Shown here: positions 41,176 through 49,580 of the stretch, one piece after another
Layout: each line of letters starts with the position of its first letter
Position numbering within the stretch: the first letter of the stretch is position 1
Source of the DNA: Bacteroidales bacterium
Lineage (GTDB): Bacteria > Bacteroidota > Bacteroidia > Bacteroidales > VadinHA17
Assembly (NCBI GenBank): GCA_049294275.1
Contig: JBAQCQ010000086.1
Coordinates: forward strand, 34,160-98,159
DNA length: 64,000 bases
Direction: 5' to 3'
Translations under genes and position numbers: made by a program
The notes under the pieces: generated by a model
Told to the model about the DNA's origin: nothing
What the model saw: only the letters and a program-made list of their open reading frames with translations
Databases searched by the model: none

Positions 41176-42634
41176 TCTGGGTCAGCTTGGGATTTAGATA
41201 TCTCTCCTTCTGGGGTATGGGAAACAGTGTGTGATAAGACTGTATATTCGCAGTTGGCTTGGCCAGTTGAACACGCTCAATGAGTTTTCCCATCCGCACC
41301 AGGTCATACCACCGATGCCCCTCCATCACAAATTCCCACTGCCTCTCCTGTAAGATGGCATCCTTGAACGACTGATAGTCCAGTCCTTCCGGCAGGTCAA
41401 CGAGGCCAGCCCTGTTACGGATGTCATTTATGGCATTATATGCACCGAGGTCAGGACCATTATTGATTTCGTTAAGCGCTTCTGCATACATCAGCACCAC
41501 ATCCGAATAACGGAGGTAGATGAAGTCAGCATCGGATTCACCGTTCTGCCTCCCTCCTTCAGCCTCCTGATCCCAATACTTCCTGATGTAAGGCCCATTG
41601 AACACCTCTCCTTCAAATTCGGTGATGAAGGTTGCCGCCTTCCTCTCATCGGTGTCACTGTAACTGTTGTAAAGATGATCAATCGGTCGTTCCCAGCCCT
41701 GGCCGTTTCTCACCCCGTTGGGAGAATCAGTGGTTGGCATAAGCCTTACCATGAACTGGTTCGTGGTCCAACCCTCACCCAGCGTGCCGCTGAAGTTTAT
41801 TGCCCATAAAATCTCCCCTGAATTGGCATTGCCGATCTTGAAAATATCTGCAAATTCCGGCTCAAGTGTATAATGTCCAATAACCTTCTCAAGAGAGGTT
41901 TTTGCAGATGAGAAATCTGCGGCGTTGCCGGTCAGCGCTCCCCTCGTAAGATAGGCCTTGGCCAGCAACGCGGAGGCCGTATGGCTTGTGGGCATCCCTT
42001 CCACTCTCTTGGAAAATGGGTTGACTGCAAGAAGCTGTTCAGCCTTCTGGAGATCGCTGATAATGCTTTCATAAACATCAGCCACAGGACTTCTTTCGAT
42101 CTGCGATTCGGTTACACTCTTCGTCGGGAAAAGCTGGAGAGGAACATCCCCGAACAATCTCACCAGATCGAAATAGAGCATCCCCCGAATGAAATAGGCT
42201 TCACCCTGAAGATGATCCTTTACCTCCGGTTCCGAATAATCAGTGATGTTCCCGGATTCTTCCAGGAGGACATTGGCCGACTGGATAACCTCATAACAGC
42301 CGACCCATATATAATAAAGAGTGGAGTTATTAACATCAAAAGTGAACTGTGACAGGTCATGCATATCAATCGACGGACCGGTCTCATAGCAGTTATCAGA
42401 GGCGAGATCCTGAAGAACCCAGTAATTATTGAAAAACAATCCGCCGCCGGTCCATGTCCATGTGATCAGTCCTGCAAACATGCCGTCGGCAAAGGAGATC
42501 AGATCATCTTCCGTCAGGAAATAGTTATCATAGTTCAGTTCAGAACGCAGGTCCTGTTCAAGGAAGTCTTTGCAGCTGGTCAGTAAGAGCAGCATGACCG
42601 TCATCAATATTGTGATTTTCTTCATTGCAGGCAA
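41159..42634 (-). CDS. susD: SusD/RagB-family nutrient-binding outer-membrane lipoprotein
   Basis: 491 aa with lipobox LLLTSCKD. The SusD-like TPR pattern is present (EAYFIRGMLYFDLVRLFGDVPL, RYSDVVLMYAEAL, RQWEFVMEGHRWYDLVR). It lies immediately downstream of susC. Confidence 0.92.
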   Translation of the reverse strand: MPAMKKITILMTVMLLLLTSCKDFLEQDLRSELNYDNYFLTEDDLISFADGMFAGLITWTWTGGGLFFNNYWVLQDLASDNCYETGPSIDMHDLSQFTFDVNNSTLYYIWVGCYEVIQSANVLLEESGNITDYSEPEVKDHLQGEAYFIRGMLYFDLVRLFGDVPLQLFPTKSVTESQIERSPVADVYESIISDLQKAEQLLAVNPFSKRVEGMPTSHTASALLAKAYLTRGALTGNAADFSSAKTSLEKVIGHYTLEPEFADIFKIGNANSGEILWAINFSGTLGEGWTTNQFMVRLMPTTDSPNGVRNGQGWERPIDHLYNSYSDTDERKAATFITEFEGEVFNGPYIRKYWDQEAEGGRQNGESDADFIYLRYSDVVLMYAEALNEINNGPDLGAYNAINDIRNRAGLVDLPEGLDYQSFKDAILQERQWEFVMEGHRWYDLVRMGKLIERVQLAKPTANIQSYHTLFPIPQKERYLNPKLTQNEGYN

Positions 42635-42642
42635 TTTAATGG

Positions 42643-45600
42643 TTAAAAGGTGGCGTTGATGCTGAAAAGCAGCGTTCTGGCCATGGGGTATGCTCCATAA
42701 TCAGCACCCTTGCCGAAAACGCTTCCGCCGAAGATAGATACCTCCGGGTCATAACCCGAGTAACGGGTCAGAGTATAAAGATTGGTGCCACTGAGCGAAA
42801 GGCGAAGGTTACTTATTCTGACTTTGTCAAGCAACTCCCCGTGAAGATCGTAGGAAAAGACCACCTCCTTTAGCCTGGCATAGGAACCATCCTCCACATA
42901 AACATCCGACATAATTATGCCGTGGGGTGAGGCATTAGCCCTGGGGTACTTGTTGGTAGGATTACTCTCCGTCCATCTCTCCAGGGCAACGGCAGCATTG
43001 TTCTGGTAACCGTCAAAACTCTCAAGCTGAAACCTGTTGAAATTTACGATCTCATTCCCGTAATCGCCCTGTATATAAATATCGAGCGAGAAGTTACCGT
43101 ACGAAAAGGTGTTCTTGAGGCCGAATGAAAAATCAGGATTGGCATTGCCGAGTTCATAGTAATCATCCACAGTAAGTTTCTCGTCCAGGTTCCTGTCAGC
43201 ATATTTGCGGTCTCCGTAACGTGCTATCTTGGCAGGAAAGAAGGGTACCTCTGACAGCTCTTCATTCAGCTGGATTATCCCGTCCGACTTGTATCCGTAG
43301 ATCATCCCGATGGGTTTGCCCTCGCTGATCATTGTCCAGTCCAGGATATTGAGTACCGAGGTTCCGTAAATATTCTCAGACTTGTCAAGATTGGTAACCT
43401 CGTTCCTGTTGAATGAGAGATTGAATCGGGTATTCCATTTGAATTTGTCAATGAAATTGACACTGTTGACCGAGAACTCAATGCCACGGTTCTGCAGGTC
43501 ACCGACATTGGCCCAGACATATTCAAATCCGGAGGATCTGTTAACCGGCAGGTAAAGAAGCAGGTCAGTGGTGTTCTTCAGGTATGTCTCTGCGGTAAAT
43601 TCGACACGAGATCCGAAGAGGCTGAGGTCAAGCCCCAGATCAAACTGCCTGGTCACCTCCCATTTAAGGTCATTGTTCTGAAGTGAATAGACATATGTGC
43701 CTATAACTTCTGCGCTACTGCCCTCCCCGTAAAAATACTGTCGCGTACCCATAAGGCTCAGGGTGCTTCCTGAAGGTATGCCTTCGTTGCCCACACTTCC
43801 GGCACTTATCCTCAGTTTAAGGTCATTGACAGCTTCAGCATTTTCGAGGAAAGGTTCTTTGCTGAGGCGCCATGCAGCTGAGACCGAAGGGAAGAAACCG
43901 TACTTGTTGTCGGTCCCAAACTTTGACGATCCATCAAGCCGCCCGGAGAAGGTCAGATAATACTTGTTGTCATAATCATACATGACCCTCGCCAGTCCTG
44001 ATAACATCGACCATGAGCTGTAGCCTGAATAAACGCTTTTATCAAGCCCCATGCTGAGGTTGTAGTATCCCAATCGCTCATCCTCAAAGCGTTCAACGGC
44101 TATCTGGGCAGACTCGGATACATATTTCTGGGCAGTCTGGCCGGCCAGCAGGTTGAAATGATGCTTATCGAATGCAAGTTTGTAGGTTAATGTATTCTCC
44201 ATCAGCCAGGTGTAACCCTTGATATCCACATTTGACCCCTTCCCCTTATCCTGACCGCGCTTGATGAAACTGGGAATATACTGCTGTTCCTTGTTGAAGA
44301 AGGCATCAATGCCTATCTTGAATTTGTACTGCAAATCTTTTATGATATCCCAGGTGGTGTAGAAGTCGCCGATTACCCTGTCTGTAGTGATGACAATTTC
44401 TGTTTCATTCATCTCGGCTACAGGGTTCGGGATCCGGTTAATAGTATTGCTCTCGTAGGTGTAGCCCCCGGCCTGAGTCGAGTCATACACCTCCTGACCC
44501 GGATTGAACAGCAGGGCCATGGCAGTGACACTTGATGCCACGTTGGGAACACCTGTCGTGACGCCGTTGTTGACAGCATGAGACATGCTGATTCCAATGC
44601 CGGTCCTGACCTTCGGAGAGAGATCACTGTCAAGGTTTATTCTGAAAGCGCCCTTGTTGAAATCGGAATTGTGAATGATCCCCATATGCCTTACCACATT
44701 GGCAGACATGAAATACTGAGTATTGTCGCTCCCTCCCTGAATCGAGATCTGACCGTTCATCAGGGGAGCCGTACGGAAGATCTGTTCCTGCCAGTCGGTA
44801 CCCTCCCCGAACCGGCTGGGAACCGCGAAGTTGCTGCCAAATGCAATATCCGGATAATATTTCCTCGCTTCCGTGACAGCGTCATTACCCAGGTCAGCCA
44901 GCTCTCTCGCATTGAGCAGATCGAGCTTTTTCGAGAGCTTCTGTATCCCGTAGGCCAGGTTAAGGTTGACCTTCAGATCCCCTTTCGTACCTCGCCTGGT
45001 GTTTATGAGGATCACGCCGTTGGCACCTCTGGCTCCGTAGATAGCGGTTGCCGAAGCATCCTTAAGCACCTGCATCGACTCTATATCCTGGGGATTGATG
45101 CTTATCAACGGATTGATGTCGGATCCCTGGATGGTACCTGAAGTGAGCTCCTGCGAAGCCGTAATTATTGGTATCCCGTCAACAACATAAAGCGGTTCGT
45201 TGGTCCCGTTGATAGAGGTTGTGCCCCTGATACGGATTGAGACCGGAGCTCCGGGTTTTCCTGATGTCTGGCTTACTACCACACCCGAAGCCTGTCCCTG
45301 AAGAGACTGATCAAGCGAGGTGATCGCCGGTGAAGTCAGGTCTTTGGTGGCCACAGACGACATGGAGACCGTGACATCACCCTTGCGCTGTGTACCGTAA
45401 CCTATAACCACTATCGCATCCAGCTCGGTGACTTCCGGTGTCATGATGAATTCATAGAAGGTGATGCCCTCAGCCAACTGCCGGGTGGCACGGCCATAAC
45501 CGACGAAAGAACAGCTGAGTGACCTTGCGGTACTTTTATCAACCGTCAGGGTAAACTCACCGTAAGCGTTTGTGCTCGTTCCCGTTGTCGTCCCGTCAAC

Positions 45601-45726
45601 AACAACCGTTACTCCCGGCATAGGCACCTTGTCATCATCTGTTACCTTCCCCCGGATGGTGATCTCCTGGGAAAAGGCTGTCTGCAGAAACAGAAACGGC
45701 AGGATTAAGAGGAATAAATGCTTCAT
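42643..45726 (-). CDS. susC: SusC/RagA-family TonB-dependent outer-membrane transporter
   Basis: 1027 aa. It has a signal peptide, a carboxypeptidase-regulatory-like domain (ITIRGKVTDDDKVPMPGVTVVV), a plug (VVIGYGTQRKGDVTVSM, IESMQVLKDASATAIYGARGANGVILINTRRG) and a C-terminal barrel ending TLLFSINATF. There is no N-terminal STN signalling domain. Confidence 0.95.
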   Translation of the reverse strand: MKHLFLLILPFLFLQTAFSQEITIRGKVTDDDKVPMPGVTVVVDGTTTGTSTNAYGEFTLTVDKSTARSLSCSFVGYGRATRQLAEGITFYEFIMTPEVTELDAIVVIGYGTQRKGDVTVSMSSVATKDLTSPAITSLDQSLQGQASGVVVSQTSGKPGAPVSIRIRGTTSINGTNEPLYVVDGIPIITASQELTSGTIQGSDINPLISINPQDIESMQVLKDASATAIYGARGANGVILINTRRGTKGDLKVNLNLAYGIQKLSKKLDLLNARELADLGNDAVTEARKYYPDIAFGSNFAVPSRFGEGTDWQEQIFRTAPLMNGQISIQGGSDNTQYFMSANVVRHMGIIHNSDFNKGAFRINLDSDLSPKVRTGIGISMSHAVNNGVTTGVPNVASSVTAMALLFNPGQEVYDSTQAGGYTYESNTINRIPNPVAEMNETEIVITTDRVIGDFYTTWDIIKDLQYKFKIGIDAFFNKEQQYIPSFIKRGQDKGKGSNVDIKGYTWLMENTLTYKLAFDKHHFNLLAGQTAQKYVSESAQIAVERFEDERLGYYNLSMGLDKSVYSGYSSWSMLSGLARVMYDYDNKYYLTFSGRLDGSSKFGTDNKYGFFPSVSAAWRLSKEPFLENAEAVNDLKLRISAGSVGNEGIPSGSTLSLMGTRQYFYGEGSSAEVIGTYVYSLQNNDLKWEVTRQFDLGLDLSLFGSRVEFTAETYLKNTTDLLLYLPVNRSSGFEYVWANVGDLQNRGIEFSVNSVNFIDKFKWNTRFNLSFNRNEVTNLDKSENIYGTSVLNILDWTMISEGKPIGMIYGYKSDGIIQLNEELSEVPFFPAKIARYGDRKYADRNLDEKLTVDDYYELGNANPDFSFGLKNTFSYGNFSLDIYIQGDYGNEIVNFNRFQLESFDGYQNNAAVALERWTESNPTNKYPRANASPHGIIMSDVYVEDGSYARLKEVVFSYDLHGELLDKVRISNLRLSLSGTNLYTLTRYSGYDPEVSIFGGSVFGKGADYGAYPMARTLLFSINATF

Positions 45727-45929
45727 TTCATTTATACATTATAAACTTATTTTATTGGCAGAACGGAACCTGCATGAAATCAAATATTCAAATTCCTTTG
45801 TGAGCTCTTGCTCATGCAAGCATCATGGTAGTTTGACTGTCAAAAAGAAGGCTCATCTCGGGTTCGCAGATCATGCGGGCTCTGGCCACAACGTATTCAG
45901 CAGTCTTGTAGTTAGAAGACAACAATTCA

Positions 45930-45975
45930 GGGTTGTCAGGGAGATATTATGACTGGCACACCTCACCGACAACCC
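45930..45975 (-). other. Stem-loop in the 272-nt spacer between the lipoprotein gene and susC
   Basis: GGGTTGTC (45930-45937) pairs with GACAACCC (45968-45975), an 8-bp stem with a 30-nt loop. It lies 24 nt after the upstream stop. There is no clear U-tract, so its function is unknown. Confidence 0.3.
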
Positions 45976-45998
45976 GGAACTGTAAGAAGTGATAAAGC

Positions 45999-46877
45999 CT
46001 ACCGTATTGTCAGCAACGAATTATCAATGTTACTGCAGCTCAGAGGGGCATTGGCCATTACGATTGCTTCCATGGCAGCCGTGCCGTAAGGTACAAAAGC
46101 TCCCTTTGCCTGGCTCTTGAAAGTGTTCTGAATATCCAGCAGACCAAATACAGGTATATCCCAGAACATAGTCATCTCTGATTCATTGGCCGCCGTAATC
46201 ATGTAATCATAATACTCGTCAATGGCGCTATCCTCATCCTGCATGAGCCTTCTGATAAGCCTGACAACTGAGATTGTGTCTCCGTTGTTGGGTGTCTCCT
46301 TGTAAACCCAGAAACAGAAATGGTGAAATTCATCAGCATAATCGACACCCAGATCCTCCTCATATGTGCCATCCTCGTTAAACCGGTAAATAATTGCAGC
46401 ATCGGCCGGAGTCAGGACATCCAATCCAAGCCATGTGCTTGCCGAGACTTTCCAGTCATATTTTACAAACATCGACTGAATTGAAATATTTATGTTGACC
46501 ACAAGCCCGACAGTTTTGAACTCATTCTCATCGTCTGTCAGCTCAAACTCAAATCCCAGTGTGTGCAGGTCATCAAACTCCTGCACGGTGTAGGTAAAAT
46601 TATATGTGTAAGTATTTTCTGACTGGACAAGCTGTGATGTCACATCAGTCCCGGCATCACGCTGAGTATCGACAACCTTGTAATATTTCAGTGATTTCAC
46701 TCCGTCAGCCTGAATGGTAACCGTGGCGGTTACCTCATCGCCTATGTTCAACTGGGGAGTTGATGAGGGAGTGATGGACATTTCAGTAGCTATATCCTTT
46801 TTGCAGGAGAGAAGCAGGAAGGCAGATCCGATTGCCACAATGGCAATAACAGGCAGAAGCAGAAGCAGTTTTTTCAT
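45999..46877 (-). CDS. Hypothetical lipoprotein encoded directly upstream of susC
   Basis: ORF 45999..46898. The likely start is MKKLLLLLPVIAIVAIGSAFLLLSCKKD at 46877 (lipobox LLSCK). I recognise no motifs. It is acidic and aromatic-rich, with lower GC than its neighbours. Confidence 0.6.
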   Translation of the reverse strand: MKKLLLLLPVIAIVAIGSAFLLLSCKKDIATEMSITPSSTPQLNIGDEVTATVTIQADGVKSLKYYKVVDTQRDAGTDVTSQLVQSENTYTYNFTYTVQEFDDLHTLGFEFELTDDENEFKTVGLVVNINISIQSMFVKYDWKVSASTWLGLDVLTPADAAIIYRFNEDGTYEEDLGVDYADEFHHFCFWVYKETPNNGDTISVVRLIRRLMQDEDSAIDEYYDYMITAANESEMTMFWDIPVFGLLDIQNTFKSQAKGAFVPYGTAAMEAIVMANAPLSCSNIDNSLLTIR

Positions 46878-46919
46878 AATTGTAGAGGTTAGATTCATAA
46901 ATAAATCATTAAAAAGACC

Positions 46920-46943
46920 ATATGTTCAGACATATGAACATAT
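46920..46943. promoter_or_regulatory. Perfect inverted repeat ATATGTTCA-N6-TGAACATAT in the promoter region of the SusC/D operon; candidate GntR/HutC operator
   Basis: The arms are 46920-46928 and 46935-46943 (9 bp, perfect), with spacer GACATA. It lies 22-45 bp upstream of the first ATG (46898) of the operon's first gene. The GntR gene ends 275 bp away. Confidence 0.4.
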
Positions 46944-47217
46944 AATTGATCAAAAATAATAAAAATAATTCGTAAAAAGAAATTTTTTTCAAAAGAAACC
47001 TAAACACCTGAAAATTAATAGGGAAAATTCGGAAAGATGTCATCCGGAAACTACCAGTTGTCAATAAAGTAGTTGATTTTGAGAAAATTAATATAAAAAT
47101 ACCTGCAAGGCTGTTTATAACTACCTGATTCTTATACTGGTGAATAGTTTCGAAATTTTATTTGCACAACAGCTATCAGAAGCAACATTGCGGGGCCAGC
47201 TGCATTCTCCGAATAAG

Positions 47218-47976
47218 TCAAATATCCCTCTCGCTTTCAACGATATATACAAAACTGTCTGTCCTATAGTAACTTACATTGTACTCTATGGGTCTCCCAC
47301 CCGGATCATAGACATACCGTTTACGCTTCAGGAGAGGGCCTCCGGAATCTGTCCGCAGTTTAATTGCAAGAGAGTCATCAGCAGCTACGGCGCTGATCTC
47401 TTCCCTGGACAGCTTGGCTACCGTGGCATAATTCTTTTCCAGAATTTCATAGAGCGGCTGGTTGAAATCTTCACTGCCGTTCAAACCGATTCTCGGGTGA
47501 AAGAAGGAGATGGACCAGACAAACGGTCCTTCATCACTGCCTCTCAGCCGTTCCAGCTTCAATATTTTCTTTTTGGGTGGTATCATGAAAAATCCTGATT
47601 GCTCCTGGTCAGCTTCTGCCCATTCGACATTCAGCTGGTAGTTCGTGATTGAGATGCCCATGGCCTTCATCTCCTGTGTGAAGCTCAACCAGTTTTTCAG
47701 TTTTGTATGAACTCCTACCTCAGCGACCCTGGTCCCAATACCCTTTTTCCTCACCAGTAAACCTTCATAAACCAGCTTGTTTGCTGCCTGTCTCAATGTA
47801 TTTCTGGAAATCCCAAGCAGTTTGGCCAGATCAACCTCATTCGGCAGGAATTTGCCTTTGGCATATTCAGGATCCCTTATCATCTCGCGTAGCAGGTTCT
47901 CAACCTGAACGTGTAAAGGAGATGAACTTTTATGATCGATCCTGAAATTCATCTTCGCTGCTTTACCCATAGTCAC
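47218..47976 (-). CDS. GntR-family transcriptional regulator, HutC subfamily (wHTH + UTRA)
   Basis: 252 aa. The wHTH reads LPNEVDLAKLLGISRNTLRQAANKLVYEGLLVRKKGIGTRV. A C-terminal UTRA-like effector domain follows. The true start may be the MNFRIDH Met at about 47952. Confidence 0.88.
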   Translation of the reverse strand: MTMGKAAKMNFRIDHKSSSPLHVQVENLLREMIRDPEYAKGKFLPNEVDLAKLLGISRNTLRQAANKLVYEGLLVRKKGIGTRVAEVGVHTKLKNWLSFTQEMKAMGISITNYQLNVEWAEADQEQSGFFMIPPKKKILKLERLRGSDEGPFVWSISFFHPRIGLNGSEDFNQPLYEILEKNYATVAKLSREEISAVAADDSLAIKLRTDSGGPLLKRKRYVYDPGGRPIEYNVSYYRTDSFVYIVESERDI

Positions 47977-48179
47977 ACCGGTTTTGTCATAGAAGAATTA
48001 TCAATATGCAAGTTCGCCAAATTATTTATATAAGCAATTTTCTTCGTTATATGCAATGAAAAGTCTCGGATATTTCTTATCTTAACTTTCTTTCTCAAAT
48101 CCGGGCGGTGGCTTTGATTATTATCTGCCCGTGCAAATCAGGCTTTTTATTTAAGTTTGACATTGAATTGTATGCTTGG

Positions 48180-49406
48180 ATGAATTCGCGTGAAAGGATA
48201 TTGTCGGCAATAAACCACCGGCAACCTGACAGGGTTCCGGTTGACCTGGCAGCCTCAACGGTAACCGGCATCTCGGCAATTGCATGCAGCAACCTCAAAA
48301 AATATCTGGGAATAGATAAACCGACAAGGGTTTTTGACGTTGTTCAGCAGCTGGCCAATATCGATATGGAGATCATTGACCTCTTCGGTGTTGATGCCCT
48401 GGACATCAACCGGATATCTGCCGAAACCGGCGAGTGGTATGAAGTTGAACTGGCAGATGGCAACAGGGTGGAATTCCCCGCCTGGTACCGGCCCCAAAGA
48501 CTTCCTGACGGATCATGGGAGACAACCGATGAAGAGGGCAGGGTGCTGTCGCGAATGCCTGCCGGTGCAACATGCTTCGACCAGACCTTCTTCCCTTACG
48601 AAAACGGCTACCCTGAAAACTTTGACGGCCTGAAGGAGGCACTGAAAAAAATCAGCTGGGTGGTTCATTCACATGCATCCAACCTCGATGCCCCGGAACT
48701 CAGGGAACGGCTTCTGAGACTCAGGGATGAGACAGGAAAAGCCCTGGTGATGTCGGGAGGTGTCAAGCTGCTTGAGCTGGGATTTTTCGCCAGGAGAATG
48801 GATAATTTCCTGACCGACCTTCTGGTTGACCGCGAAAAACTGTGTGAGATGCTTGACCGGTTGGTTGAGATGCATCTTGCAGGACTGGAGAAGAAGATCA
48901 ACGCCCTGGGAGACATTGTTGACGTTATACGCTTCGGCGATGACCTGGGCATGAAGACCGGGCCGTTCATGGACCTTGATACCTTCCGAGAGGTGTTCAT
49001 ACCGCGTTACAAAATACTCTGCGACTATGTCAAAAAGCACAGCAGCATGAAGATCTTCCTCCATTCATGCGGCAGTGTCAGGCAGTATATCCCTGACCTC
49101 ATCGAGGTTGGCTTTGACATCCTGAACCCGGTGCAGACCAACTCGCGCGGCATGGACCCGGAGGAGCTGAAGAGAGAATTCGGGAAAGACATCGTCTTCT
49201 GGGGCGGAGGCGTGGATACAACCACTGTCATCAACAGGGGCACCCCCGATGAGATCAGAAGGGATGTCCTGCGGCGCTGCGAGATCTTCTCAGAAGATGG
49301 CGGCTTTGTCTTCGCACCCATTCATAACATACTTTCTGAAGTCCCCCCGCAGAACATAGTCGCTGCCTATAACGCGGTCAGGGAGTTCAACGGAGAGCTT
49401 CGCTGA
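48180..49406 (+). CDS. Uroporphyrinogen-decarboxylase (URO-D/MtaA-like) family protein, cytoplasmic
   Basis: ORF 48108..49406. The likely start is MNSRERILSAINHRQPDRVPVD at 48180. The URO-D fold pattern is PDRVPV...RFGDDLGMKTGPFM...IFLHSCGSV...GFDILNPVQ...FWGGGVDT...GFVFAPIHN. Confidence 0.75.
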   Translation: MNSRERILSAINHRQPDRVPVDLAASTVTGISAIACSNLKKYLGIDKPTRVFDVVQQLANIDMEIIDLFGVDALDINRISAETGEWYEVELADGNRVEFPAWYRPQRLPDGSWETTDEEGRVLSRMPAGATCFDQTFFPYENGYPENFDGLKEALKKISWVVHSHASNLDAPELRERLLRLRDETGKALVMSGGVKLLELGFFARRMDNFLTDLLVDREKLCEMLDRLVEMHLAGLEKKINALGDIVDVIRFGDDLGMKTGPFMDLDTFREVFIPRYKILCDYVKKHSSMKIFLHSCGSVRQYIPDLIEVGFDILNPVQTNSRGMDPEELKREFGKDIVFWGGGVDTTTVINRGTPDEIRRDVLRRCEIFSEDGGFVFAPIHNILSEVPPQNIVAAYNAVREFNGELR

Positions 49407-49580
49407 GGGGCTGCCGGAATGGTGAGTATGTGTGGATTTTGCGACTGCCGGGCCGACGAGGATGACAGATTGCAGAGACTGCCAGTTGGTTAAACACGGG
49501 GGATTTGTGATTTGGATCTCATGCTTTTCAGGCAGGGAGATTAACACCGGGGTCCGGCTTCTTTCATCTGCAAAACATGT

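Noticed and set aside
45727-45998. The 126-aa plus-strand ORF 45572..45952 spanning the susC start and the upstream spacer
   Set aside because: It overlaps the susC 5' end in antisense. It has no signal or motif, and the region is better explained as the susC leader or promoter.
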